Assembly (NCBI GenBank): GCA_049840735.1
Contig: JASGJN010000022.1
Span: 768,001-832,000, forward strand
Source: Anaeromyxobacter sp.
Lineage (GTDB): Bacteria > Myxococcota > Myxococcia > Myxococcales > Anaeromyxobacteraceae
Direction of reading: 5' to 3'
DNA length: 64,000 nucleotides
Shown: positions 20,113-29,653 of the stretch, piece by piece
How positions within the stretch are numbered: the stretch's first letter is position 1
How the letters are laid out: the number at the start of each line of letters is the position of its first letter
Translations under genes and position numbers: made by a program
Notes under the pieces: model-generated
The model's database searches: none
What the model was told of the DNA's origin: nothing
Seen by the model: only the letters and a program-made list of their open reading frames with translations

Positions 20113-22512
20113 ATGGACCTCCTCCCGTCCCGACCGCTCCGCCTCGCCGCCCTGCTGCTCCCGCTGGTCGCCGCCGCGCCCGCCGGCGCCGCCGACTGGA
20201 TCACGTCCAAGGACGGCGTGGTCGAGGTGGCCGGGAAGGAGGCGCACCTGCGCGTCACCGTCCCCGCGCCTGACACCATCCGCGTCCGCTTCTCGCGCTC
20301 CGCCGAGTTCGCGCCCGACCGCTCCTTCGCCGTGGAGGCGGCCGCGCTCGCCCACCCCGCGCCGTTCAAGGTGGAGGAGAAGGGCGACACGGCCGTGATC
20401 CGGGCGGCCGGCGCGGGCCTGCGCATCACGCGCTCGCCGCTGACGGTGGCGCTGCTGGACGGGCAGGGGGAGGTGGTGGCCGAGGAGGCCGCGCCGGTGG
20501 CGCTGGCCGTCGACGGCGGGAAGGTGAGCTGGAGCCTCGCCGCCGGCGAGCACGTGTTCGGCCTGGGCGACAAGGCCAAGGGCTACGATCGCCGCGGGCA
20601 GTCGTTCCAGCTCTGGAACTTCGACAACTACGGGTGGAAGGACGACAGCGACCCGCTCTACAAGTCCATCCCGTTCCTGGTCTTCCTGCGCGACGGCAAG
20701 GCCCACGGCCTCTTCCTCGACAACCCGGCCCGCTCCTTCGTGGACGTGGGCGAGGCCGACCCCGCCCTGCTGACCTGGGAGCTCGACCGCGGCGCGGTGG
20801 ACCTCTACCTCATCGCCGGCCCGGATCCGCGCAAGGTGGTCCAGGCCTACACGGCGCTGGTGGGGCGGCAGCCGCTGCCGCCGCTCTGGTCGCTGGGCTA
20901 CCACCAGTGCCGCTATTCGTACGAGACCGAGCGCGAGTTCCGCGACGTCTTCGGCAAGCTCCGCGAGCACAAGATCCCGGCCGACGTGATGTGGCTGGAC
21001 ATCGACTTCCAGCAGGGCAACGCGCCCTTCGTCGTGGACGCCGGGCGGTTCCCCACCTTCGACAAGATGGTGGCCGACGCGCGCGCCCAGGGGCTGCGCA
21101 CCGTGGTCATCACCGACCCGCACATCAAGGAGAAGAAGGGCCAGGCGCCCTACGACACGGGCGTGGCCGGGGACCACTTCATCAAGGAGCCGGGGGGCGA
21201 CATCTTCGTGGGCGAGGTCTGGCCGGGCTCCAGCGTCTTCCCGGAGTTCACGCTCTCCCGCTCGCGCGCCTGGTGGGGCACGCTGTACGCCGACTTCGTG
21301 AAGCGCGGCGTGGCCGGCTTCTGGAACGACATGAACGAGCCGGCGCTCTTCGGCATCGCCTCGAAGACGATGCCCGAGGGGCTGCCGCACCGCCTCGACG
21401 ACGGCACCTCGCTCGATCACGTGGCGGTGCACAACGTCTACGGCCACCTCAACGCGCGGGCCACCTACGAGGGGCTGCTGGCGCTCCAGCCTGACGTCCG
21501 CCCCTTCGTGCTCACCCGCGCCGCCTACGCCGGCACCCAGCGCTGGGCCGCCACCTGGACCGGCGACAACCTGGCCACCCGCGACCACATGGAGATCTCG
21601 GTCCCCACGCTCCTCAACCTGGGCGTGTCGGGCTACACCTTCTCCGGCGCCGACATGGGCGGGTTCGCCGGCTGCCCCTCGGCCGACCTGGCCACCGAGT
21701 GGACCGAGCTGGGCGTCTACCAGCCCTTCTTCCGGAACCACAGCGCCAAGGGCACCTGCCGCCGTGAACCGTGGGTGAACGGCGCCGACCACGAGAAGCG
21801 GCGCCGGGCCGCCATCGAGCGGCGGTACCAGCTCCTCCCCTACCTCTACACCGCCTTCGAGGAGGCCTCCCGGACCGGCCTGCCGGTGATGCGGCCGCTC
21901 TGGCTCGAGTACCCCGGCGACCCGGCCGCGGCGACCGATCGCAACTTCCTGCTTGGCCGCGACCTGCTGGTGCTGCCCAGGTTCCGCGGCTCCAAGGTGC
22001 ACCTGCCGGCCGGCGACTGGTTCGACGTGCGCACCGGCGCCAAGGTGGCCGGTGGCCGCGACGTCGCGCCGGAGCCGGGCAAGGACACCAGCGTGCAGGT
22101 GCTGGCGCGCGCCGGCGCCATCGTGCCGGAGGGGCCGGTGGTCCAGCACACCGGCGAGCTGGGCGGCGCGCTCACGCTCCACGTCTACCCGGGCCCCGGC
22201 TGCAAGGGCTCGGTCTACGCCGACGACGGCCAGACCTTCGCCTACCGCACCGGCGCGTACAAGCGGGTGGAGTACCGCTGCACGCCGCAGGCGGACGGGA
22301 TCGCCGTGGCGGCGCTCTCGGGCGGGAGCGCCACGCCCTGGTGGACCTCGACGCAGGTGGTGATCCACGGCGTGCCCCGCGCGCCCAAGGGCGTGTCGGG
22401 CGGGACGGGCAAGGGGCCGGCCCCGGCCGTCGCCTACGACGCGGCCACGCAGTCGGCCACCATCACGCTGGCCAGCCCGGACAGCGACTGGAGCCTGAGC
22501 ACCACCTGGTAG
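20113..22512 (+). CDS. Secreted glycoside hydrolase family 31 (alpha-glucosidase-like)
   Basis: Signal peptide; LYKSIPF, WLDID, WNDMNEP nucleophile, WTGDN acid/base. Confidence 0.95.
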   Translation: MDLLPSRPLRLAALLLPLVAAAPAGAADWITSKDGVVEVAGKEAHLRVTVPAPDTIRVRFSRSAEFAPDRSFAVEAAALAHPAPFKVEEKGDTAVIRAAGAGLRITRSPLTVALLDGQGEVVAEEAAPVALAVDGGKVSWSLAAGEHVFGLGDKAKGYDRRGQSFQLWNFDNYGWKDDSDPLYKSIPFLVFLRDGKAHGLFLDNPARSFVDVGEADPALLTWELDRGAVDLYLIAGPDPRKVVQAYTALVGRQPLPPLWSLGYHQCRYSYETEREFRDVFGKLREHKIPADVMWLDIDFQQGNAPFVVDAGRFPTFDKMVADARAQGLRTVVITDPHIKEKKGQAPYDTGVAGDHFIKEPGGDIFVGEVWPGSSVFPEFTLSRSRAWWGTLYADFVKRGVAGFWNDMNEPALFGIASKTMPEGLPHRLDDGTSLDHVAVHNVYGHLNARATYEGLLALQPDVRPFVLTRAAYAGTQRWAATWTGDNLATRDHMEISVPTLLNLGVSGYTFSGADMGGFAGCPSADLATEWTELGVYQPFFRNHSAKGTCRREPWVNGADHEKRRRAAIERRYQLLPYLYTAFEEASRTGLPVMRPLWLEYPGDPAAATDRNFLLGRDLLVLPRFRGSKVHLPAGDWFDVRTGAKVAGGRDVAPEPGKDTSVQVLARAGAIVPEGPVVQHTGELGGALTLHVYPGPGCKGSVYADDGQTFAYRTGAYKRVEYRCTPQADGIAVAALSGGSATPWWTSTQVVIHGVPRAPKGVSGGTGKGPAPAVAYDAATQSATITLASPDSDWSLSTTW

Positions 22513-22525
22513 CGCCGCGGCCGGC

Positions 22526-22991
22526 TCAGCCGCCCTTGCGCGGCTTGCCGGCCCGGAGCAGCTCCTTCACCAGGTGTGCACCGAGGGCCTGCAGCCCCTC
22601 CGCCAGGAGGGCGCGGGCCCTCGGCGTCTGGAGCGTGGCGCGCATGGCCTCGGCGACCAGGCCGATCTCCAGGTCGAGCCGGATCAGGGGCGGCGGCCAC
22701 CGCCGGGGTGGCCTCCACGGGCCGCGCCCGCCCGCCCAGCGCCACCGCGCCGGCGCTGAGCCGGTCCATCAGCGCGTCCTCGCGCGTGCGGGGGCCCTGG
22801 GCCTCGCGCAGCGCGGCGGAGAGCCCCTCGTGCACGTCGGCCAGCGCCGCCGGCACGGCCAGCGCCTGGTCGAGGCGCACCGCGGCCTCCTCCTCGTCGA
22901 CGCCGCGCGCCGCGGCGTAGGTCGGCGCCAGCAGGGGGATCAGGGCGCGGCGCGGGAGCACGTGCGGCAGGCGCGGGGAGAAGAGGCTCAC
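22526..22991 (-). CDS. Hypothetical protein with 1-nt insertion at ~22687-22690
   Basis: Removing one C from gcc-c-ctg-atc gives ...AVAAALIRLDLEIGLVAEAMRATLQ...KELLRAGKPRKGG* ending at 22526, without overlapping the GH31 gene. Confidence 0.7.
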
Positions 22992-23070
22992 GGGGCTGGT
23001 CTACCGCGCCGGAGGGGCGGGCGCACCCCCTGCCTTGCCGGGGCGCGCCGGCCCCGGTATACCCCCCGCC

Positions 23071-24531
23071 TTGAACATCGCCACCTTCGCGGACCTGAAG
23101 CTCTCCCCCGAGGCCCTCCGCGCCCTCGATCGCGCCGGCTTCGAGCACCCCACGCCCATCCAGGCGCAGGCCATCCCCCCCGCGCTGCTGGGGCGGGACG
23201 TGATCGGCACGGCCGCCACCGGAACCGGCAAGACGGCCGCGTTCCTGCTCCCCATCATCGATCGGCTGGCCGCCCGGCACGCGGGCGAGGGGCAGGGGCA
23301 TGGCCATGGGCACGGGCACGGGCACGCGCAGAGGGCGGGGGCGGGTGGGCCGGCGGGGCCGCGCGCGCTCATCCTGGCGCCCACCCGCGAGCTGGCGTTG
23401 CAGATATCCGAGGAGCTGGAGCGGTTCGGGCACGGGCGCAACGTACGCGGCGCGGTGGTGATCGGCGGCGTGGGGATGGGGCAGCAGGCGGAGGCGTTCC
23501 GGCAGCGGCGCGAGGTGATCGTGGCGACGCCCGGCCGCCTGGTGGACCACCTGCAGCAGGGCAACGCGCGGCTGGATGGCCTCGAGGTGCTGGTGCTCGA
23601 CGAGGCCGACCGGATGCTGGACATGGGGTTCAAGCCGCAGCTGGACCGGATCCTGGCGCGCGTGCCGCGCAAGCGACAGACCCTGCTGTTCAGCGCGACC
23701 ATGGGCGACGAGGTCGCCGCCTTCGCGCGGGCGCACCTGCAGGACCCGGTGCGCGTCGAGGTGGTCCGGAGCGGGACCACCGCGTCGCGGGCCGAGCAGG
23801 CGGTCTACCACGCGGCGCAGGACGAGAAGCTGGCGCTGCTCCTCGAGCTGCTGGCGCGCGAGGACGTGTCCACCCTGGTCTTCACGCGCACCAAGCGGCG
23901 CGCGGACCGCGTGGCCAAGGGGGTCGGGCGGGCCGGGCACAAGGTGGCGCGCATCCACGCCGACCGCTCGCAGGCCCAGCGCCGGATGGCGCTGGAGGGG
24001 TTCAAGGACGGGCAGTACCGCGTGCTGGTGGCGACGGACATCGCCGCGCGAGGGATTGACGTCGCGGACATCGGCCACGTCATCAACTTCGATCTGCCGC
24101 ACGTCCCAGAGGACTATGTGCACCGCGTGGGGCGGACAGCGCGCGCTGCGGCGAGCGGCCGCGCCTCGAGCTTCACCTCTCCGGAGGAGCAGGACCTGCT
24201 CCGCGCGATCGAGAAGCTGACCCGCACCCAGATCCCCAGAGTAGATGTGCCGCGCGACGCCGAGGTGTTCCAGGCGGAGCTCAAGCGGTCGGCGGAGGGG
24301 CGGGCGAACACCAACCCGCCACAAGGGGCCCAGGGCGGTCGCATCCGAACCGGGCGACCGGGGCCGGGGAAGCGCAAGGGAGCGGCGCGCGCCTCCGGCG
24401 GTGGAGGCGGCGGCAGGCACGGAGGAGCTTCCCGGGGCGGCGCGGGGACCGAGGGAGGGGAGGGGAACTCCAGCGCTGGCGGCGGGAAGCCGAAGCTGAT
24501 CGGGACCTGGGGACCCAAGCGGCGGCGCTAG
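23071..24531 (+). CDS. DEAD-box RNA helicase (RhlE-like)
   Basis: Q motif, ATGTGKT, PTREL, DEAD, SAT, ARGID, HRVGRTAR; basic Gly-rich tail; TTG start inferred. Confidence 0.96.
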   Translation: MNIATFADLKLSPEALRALDRAGFEHPTPIQAQAIPPALLGRDVIGTAATGTGKTAAFLLPIIDRLAARHAGEGQGHGHGHGHGHAQRAGAGGPAGPRALILAPTRELALQISEELERFGHGRNVRGAVVIGGVGMGQQAEAFRQRREVIVATPGRLVDHLQQGNARLDGLEVLVLDEADRMLDMGFKPQLDRILARVPRKRQTLLFSATMGDEVAAFARAHLQDPVRVEVVRSGTTASRAEQAVYHAAQDEKLALLLELLAREDVSTLVFTRTKRRADRVAKGVGRAGHKVARIHADRSQAQRRMALEGFKDGQYRVLVATDIAARGIDVADIGHVINFDLPHVPEDYVHRVGRTARAAASGRASSFTSPEEQDLLRAIEKLTRTQIPRVDVPRDAEVFQAELKRSAEGRANTNPPQGAQGGRIRTGRPGPGKRKGAARASGGGGGGRHGGASRGGAGTEGGEGNSSAGGGKPKLIGTWGPKRRR

Positions 24532-24560
24532 TCAGGCCAGGACGTCCCGGCCCATGCTGC

Positions 24561-25453
24561 TCATCCGAACGCCTCGCAGGGCTGGTGGTGCTGGACGCGC
24601 AGCAGGTAGGTTCCGGCCGGGAAGATCTCGGCCAGTGTGCCCGCCTCGCGCTTCCTCCAGGCCGCGCGGTAGCGCTCGAGGAACTCCCTGATCCGCGCGA
24701 GCGCCTGTTTCAGCCGCTCGGGGTCTCGCGCCGCGACCAGAGGCTTCGGGGAGCGGCGCGGCGGCGGGGAGGTCGGCCGGCTCAGCGGTGCCTGATCGAG
24801 GACGCGCTGGCGCCCCAGGAACGGCTTGCCCTTGGCCCGCGCCTTGTCGCGCGCCAGTCGCACGAGCTCGTCCAGGCGGGACACGACGCGTTCACGGAAC
24901 TCCGCGGCCGACGCGAAGCCCTTCGGCACGGTCAGCCGGAGCGTGGCGGTCTCCGGGAGGTCGCCGTCCATCAGGAAGAACACCTCCGGTCGCGCGATGA
25001 CCGTCTCCGTGCCGAAGGCGGCCGGGTCGGAGAAGGCGCCGGGCCACTCGCCGGGGTCGAACACGAGGTTGGCGGCCACGGGGTTGGCGAGCGTGTACGC
25101 TCCCTGCTCGACCACGGCCTCGTCAGTCTCCACCGCGACATCGTTGTAGCTGCCGGGCCTCCAGAAGTTCTCGGTGTTGCCGACGTGCGGGTTCAGGGCC
25201 CGAGCGATGAGCGACATGGCCAACTGCATGAACTCCGGAAGCCTCGCGGACACGTCCGTGAGCAAGAGGTGGAGGTGGTTCGACATCACCAGGTAGGCGT
25301 GGATTCGACCCCCGTCCTCTGCGCCGCGACCGCCAGCGCGTACTCGACGACCTGGTTCGTCACCGCGCTTGGCGTCAGCAGGAAGCGCCGCAGCGAGCAG
25401 TTGCGGGTGACGAAGTGGATCATCTTCGGGAGGATGCGGCGAGGAAAGGACAT
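24561..25453 (-). CDS. Y1/HUH tyrosine transposase (RAYT-like), 1-nt deletion at ~25305
   Basis: MSFPRRILPKMIHFVTRNCSLRRFLL... joins IHAYLVMSNHLHLLL (HUH) ...ENFW...YTLANPVAA after restoring gag-atc. Confidence 0.88.
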
Positions 25454-25466
25454 GCGGCTGCGCCTT

Positions 25467-25482
25467 CGCATGCCCCGTGCCG
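25467..25482 (-). promoter_or_regulatory. sigma54-like -24/-12 element directly before the transposase ATG
   Basis: CGGCACG-GGGC-ATGCG; first 11 nt identical to the MCP candidate promoter. Confidence 0.4.
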
Positions 25483-25715
25483 AGCGCCAGGCCCAGCGGG
25501 CACGCGGGGTTGCGCTCCAGCGAGTGGCATGGACGGTCCGCGGCGCGGTCGCAGCGGCTGAACCGCGGACCATCGAGGTACTCTCGGTCATCCGTCATCG
25601 GGCCGCATTCAGCCGCAGTGGGCCATTGCAGAAGGGACCCGCCTGCGCGCACGCGCCGCAGGCCGGAGTCCTCTCGGTCGGCGTGAAGGCGGTCGTTGCG
25701 AAAGTACTCTGGGCT

Positions 25716-27137
25716 TCAGGCGGCGGCGCGCGCGCGGCTGCGGCGGGCGTACTTCACCCACCGCCGCTGCCGCCAGCGCCGGTACATCAGCAGGCCGCGC
25801 AGCCATTCGTCGGCTGCCATCGAGATCCACACGCCGGTGAGCCCGAGCCCGGCCTTGAGCCCGAGCAGCCACGCCAGCGGCACCCAGACGCCCCACATGG
25901 AGGCGAGACCGACGAGGACCGGGAACTTCACGTCGCCGGTGGCCCGGAGCGAGTTGATCACCACCACGTTGAAGACCCGGCCCGGCTCGAGCACCAGGCC
26001 GATGCGCAGCAGCAACGCCCCGGTGGCGATCACGACGGCGTCCTGCGTGAACAGCCCCAGCAGCCGGGGCGCCGCCACGGCCACGGCCGTCACCACGGCC
26101 AGGGCCAGCAGGATCCCGGTCCGCAGCGACCGGAGCAGCTGCCGGTACGCGGCCTCGATCTCACCCGCGCCCACAAGGTGCCCGACCAGCAGCTCGGTCC
26201 CGATCCCGATGGAGATGCTGAACTGGATCACCCAGGTGGTGACCTGCATCGTGTAGGTCTGCGTCGCCAGCGCCGGCCCGCCCATGCGCGCCACGAAGGA
26301 GGTGACCACCATCAGCGCCAGCCACCAGCTCAGGTTCTCGCCAGCGGCGGGGAGGCCGATGTGGAGGATCCGGGCCAGCCGCTCGCGGGGCAGGTCGAAG
26401 TAGTCGCGCAGCCGGGGTCGGATGCGGGTGTAGTGGTGGACCAGCACGTAGAGCGCCGCCGAGGCGAGCAGGCGGCTTGCCACGCTGGAGAGCGCGACGC
26501 CCACGACGCCCATGCGCGGCAGGCCGAACCAGCCGAACAGGAGCAGGGCGTTCCCCGCCGCGTTGAGCACGTTCTGCCCGACCGTGACCAGCATCGCCAC
26601 GCGGGTGTGCCCGTGCGCCCGCAGCACCGCGGCCTGGGCCACGTTGCGCGCCTCGACGAAGAGCGTGCCGCCCATCAGCAGCAGGAACGGCAGCGCGTAC
26701 TCCAGCGGCCTGCCCTCGAGCTGCATCAGCCGGAGCAGCGGCTCGGCCAGCCCGGCCATCGCCGCGCTCACCAGCAGGCCGAACCAGGTGTTCACCGCCA
26801 CCGCGGCGGCGCCGATCCGCTCGGCCCCCGGCCGGTCCCCGGCGCCGAGGTGGTGGGTGATCACCACGCTCGCGCCCACCGCCACGAAGTTGAACAGGAT
26901 GATGGCCAGCGTGACGAACTGGTTGGCCACGCCCAGGCCGGCCACGGCGTCGTCGCCCACGTGGGCCACCATGAAGGTGTCCACCGTGCCGATCAGCACG
27001 CGCAGCGCCTGCTCGACGAAGATGGGCCAGGCCAGGGCCAGCAGCCCGGCCCGCACCAGGGGGTGATCGTCGCCCTGGGGGCGGGGCGGCTGCGCTGGGG
27101 CTGTGTCGCTCACTGCGTGGTCCGTTCGGGCGTTCAC
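25716..27137 (-). CDS. MATE family efflux transporter
   Basis: LAWPIFVEQ..VDTFMV, GHLVGAG, LRATGDVKFP; GTG overlapping the pfkB stop (alternative start 27113). Confidence 0.93.
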   Translation of the reverse strand: MNARTDHAVSDTAPAQPPRPQGDDHPLVRAGLLALAWPIFVEQALRVLIGTVDTFMVAHVGDDAVAGLGVANQFVTLAIILFNFVAVGASVVITHHLGAGDRPGAERIGAAAVAVNTWFGLLVSAAMAGLAEPLLRLMQLEGRPLEYALPFLLLMGGTLFVEARNVAQAAVLRAHGHTRVAMLVTVGQNVLNAAGNALLLFGWFGLPRMGVVGVALSSVASRLLASAALYVLVHHYTRIRPRLRDYFDLPRERLARILHIGLPAAGENLSWWLALMVVTSFVARMGGPALATQTYTMQVTTWVIQFSISIGIGTELLVGHLVGAGEIEAAYRQLLRSLRTGILLALAVVTAVAVAAPRLLGLFTQDAVVIATGALLLRIGLVLEPGRVFNVVVINSLRATGDVKFPVLVGLASMWGVWVPLAWLLGLKAGLGLTGVWISMAADEWLRGLLMYRRWRQRRWVKYARRSRARAAA

Positions 27138-28042
27138 CGGGCCCGGAAGGCGGCCTCGAGCTGCGCTGGCGTGATCAACGCCGAGGTGGACGCCTTGATT
27201 CCGCAGGTGTGACGTGCGGTGATCTGTCCGCGGCGGACCGCGTCCTCCAGATCGTACCCGTCGAGCACGTGGCTCGCGAGGAAGCCGACCGCCAGCCCAT
27301 CGCCGGCGCCGTTGGTGTCGACCACCGGGGTCTCCGAGCGGACCGGCTCGAAGAGGCGGATCCCGTCGCGCGTGCCCAGGGCGCAGCCGCGCGCGCCCAT
27401 CCCAGACACCACGACCAGCTCCGGCCGGTGCCGGAGCACGTCGCGGATCAGCGGGGACGGATCGGGGTGGTTGGCTGCGGAGAAGAAGAGGATGTCCGCC
27501 TGGTCGACGAAGTCCTGGCGATAGGGGTCCGGCCAGTGCACCACGTCCTGCAGGTCGGCGGCGATCCTGACGCCCAGCGCGCGCGCCACCGGGAGCAGCC
27601 GGCGCGCCCAGTTGGGCAGGTGGAAGTGCGCCAGGCGAGCGCGCGCCAGCACCGCCCGGCAGCGGTCCAGGTCCGGCTCGAGCTGCATGTGGCCGCCGCC
27701 GTCGTAGAAGTTCTTCCGGCGGCCGTCCTGGTACATCAGGTTGACCGAGCGGCTGGTGCCGGCGGGATCGACGAAGGTGGCGGAGAGGTCGACGCCGTCG
27801 CGCGCCAGCTCGTCCTTCACCCACCGGCCCATCGGGTCGTCGCCGACGTAGCCGATGAAGGCGGTCCGCTTCCCGAGCTGGGCGTAGCCGCGGCTGGTGT
27901 AACCGCCCGCCTGGCCCACGTTGTCCAGGTTGCGGGTGAAGTTCGCCTCCACGGACCAGTCGATGTCGCGGCCGTGGAAGTAGACGTTGGTGTCGATTCC
28001 GACGTTGCCGACGACGACGACGTCGAGGTCGCGGTTTGGCAT
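27134..28042 (-). CDS. PfkB family carbohydrate kinase
   Basis: GYVGDD and VVDTNGAGD signatures. Confidence 0.92.
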   Translation of the reverse strand: MPNRDLDVVVVGNVGIDTNVYFHGRDIDWSVEANFTRNLDNVGQAGGYTSRGYAQLGKRTAFIGYVGDDPMGRWVKDELARDGVDLSATFVDPAGTSRSVNLMYQDGRRKNFYDGGGHMQLEPDLDRCRAVLARARLAHFHLPNWARRLLPVARALGVRIAADLQDVVHWPDPYRQDFVDQADILFFSAANHPDPSPLIRDVLRHRPELVVVSGMGARGCALGTRDGIRLFEPVRSETPVVDTNGAGDGLAVGFLASHVLDGYDLEDAVRRGQITARHTCGIKASTSALITPAQLEAAFRAR

Positions 28043-28074
28043 GAGGGCGCCCCCTCCCGAGGGCGCCCCCTTCT

Positions 28075-29430
28075 CTATTCGATCTTCGGCAGCTTCGCGA
28101 GCGACGCCCGGACGCGCTCGGCGGGATACTCGTAGTCCTCGAGCTCGCCGGCGAAGAAGGCGTCGTAGGCGGCCATGTCCACGTGGCCGTGGCCGGAGAG
28201 GTTGAAGAGGATGACCTTCTCCTTCCCCTCCTCCTTGGCGCGCAGCGCCTCGTCGATGGCGCCGCGGATGGCGTGCGACGACTCGGGGGCGGGGATGATG
28301 GCCTCGGTCCCGGCGAACTGGACCGCCGCCTCGAAGCAGGAGAGCTGGCCGACGGCGCGCGCCTCCACCAGCCCCGCGTGGACCAGCTGCGAGACCAGCG
28401 GCGAGGCGCCGTGGTAGCGCAGGCCGCCGGCGTGGATGCCGGGCGGCATGAAGTCGTGACCCAGCGTGTACATCTTGGCCACCGGTGCCATCTTGGCGGT
28501 GTCGCCGTAGTCGAAGGTGTAGATGCCCTGGGTGAGCGTGGGGCAGGAGGACGGCTCGATGGCCAGGACCTTCAGGTCCTTGCCCGCCGCCTTGTCCGCC
28601 AGGAACGGGAAGGCGATGCCGGCGAAGTTCGAGCCGCCGCCGTGGCAGCCGATGACCACGTCGGCCCCCTTCTCGCCCGCCAGCGCCAGCTGCTCCTTGG
28701 CCTCGAGGCCGATGATGGTCTGGTGCAGGCAGACGTGGTTCAGCACCGAGCCGAGCGCGTAGCGCGTGTCATCGTGGGTGGCGGCGTCCTCGACCGCCTC
28801 GGAGATGGCGATGCCGAGGGACCCCTGGCTGTCCGGGTCGCCGGCCAGGATGCCGCGCCCGGCGTTGGTGCTGGGCGAGGGCGAGGCGACCACGTCGGCG
28901 CCCCACAGCGACATCATGCTCTTGCGATAGGGCTTCTGCTTGAAGGAGATCTTCACCATGTACACGGTGCAGGCCAGGCCGAACATCTTGGCCGCGAGCG
29001 CCATGGAGGTGCCCCACTGGCCGGCGCCGGTCTCGGTGGCGATGCGCTTCGTCCCGGCCAGCTTGTTGTAGTAGGCCTGCGGGATCGCCGTGTTGGGCTT
29101 GTGCGAGCCGGCGGGCGAGACGCCCTCGTACTTGTAGTAGATGCGGGCCGGGGTCCCCAGCGCCTGCTCGAGCCGGCTGGCGCGGAAGAGCGGGGAGGGG
29201 CGCCAGAGCCGGTAGATCTCGCGGACCGGCTCGGGGATGGGGATCCAGCGCTCGGGCGACATCTCCTGCTCGATGAGCTCCATCGGGAAGAGCGGCAGCA
29301 GATCGTTCGGCGTCACAGGCTGGAGCGTCCCCGGGTGGATCACCGGCGCGAGCGCGCCAGGCAGGTCGGGGATGATGTTGTACCAGTGGGTCGGGATCCG
29401 GTCCTCGCCGAGCAGGATCTTGTGCTGCAT
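28075..29430 (-). CDS. trpB2: TrpB2-type tryptophan synthase beta-like PLP enzyme (stand-alone)
   Basis: [47 protein letters not shown]; no trpA adjacent. Confidence 0.93.
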   Translation of the reverse strand: MQHKILLGEDRIPTHWYNIIPDLPGALAPVIHPGTLQPVTPNDLLPLFPMELIEQEMSPERWIPIPEPVREIYRLWRPSPLFRASRLEQALGTPARIYYKYEGVSPAGSHKPNTAIPQAYYNKLAGTKRIATETGAGQWGTSMALAAKMFGLACTVYMVKISFKQKPYRKSMMSLWGADVVASPSPSTNAGRGILAGDPDSQGSLGIAISEAVEDAATHDDTRYALGSVLNHVCLHQTIIGLEAKEQLALAGEKGADVVIGCHGGGSNFAGIAFPFLADKAAGKDLKVLAIEPSSCPTLTQGIYTFDYGDTAKMAPVAKMYTLGHDFMPPGIHAGGLRYHGASPLVSQLVHAGLVEARAVGQLSCFEAAVQFAGTEAIIPAPESSHAIRGAIDEALRAKEEGKEKVILFNLSGHGHVDMAAYDAFFAGELEDYEYPAERVRASLAKLPKIE

Positions 29431-29653
29431 TGCAGACCTCGATTCAGCCGGAGCGCAGGCGCGCGCCTTGTAGATGGGTGGGGAAAGCCCGCGATTAGCT
29501 CAGACCCGTGCGGGCTGCGTCAAGCGCGAACACCGTTTCGTTCACACGCCTTGGCGGGCACCCACCGGTGCAGGCCAAGGCGGCGGGCGAAGGCGGTACC
29601 ACGGAGGCACACTGCCGTCCGCTTCGGATGGCCAGCTACAGGGGTGGAACAAC

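Larger units (their letters stand above)
24540..25713 (-). mobile_element. Putative HUH-transposase element bounded by GGACGTCCCGG (24540-24550) and AAGTACTCTGGG (25702-25713)
   Basis: Fills almost exactly the gap between the helicase and MATE stop codons; the terminal motifs recur elsewhere in the window. Confidence 0.55.

Noticed and set aside
28043..28071. 13-bp direct repeat GAGGGCGCCCCCT between trpB2 and pfkB
   Set aside because: Short local duplication around the RBS with nothing inserted between the copies.
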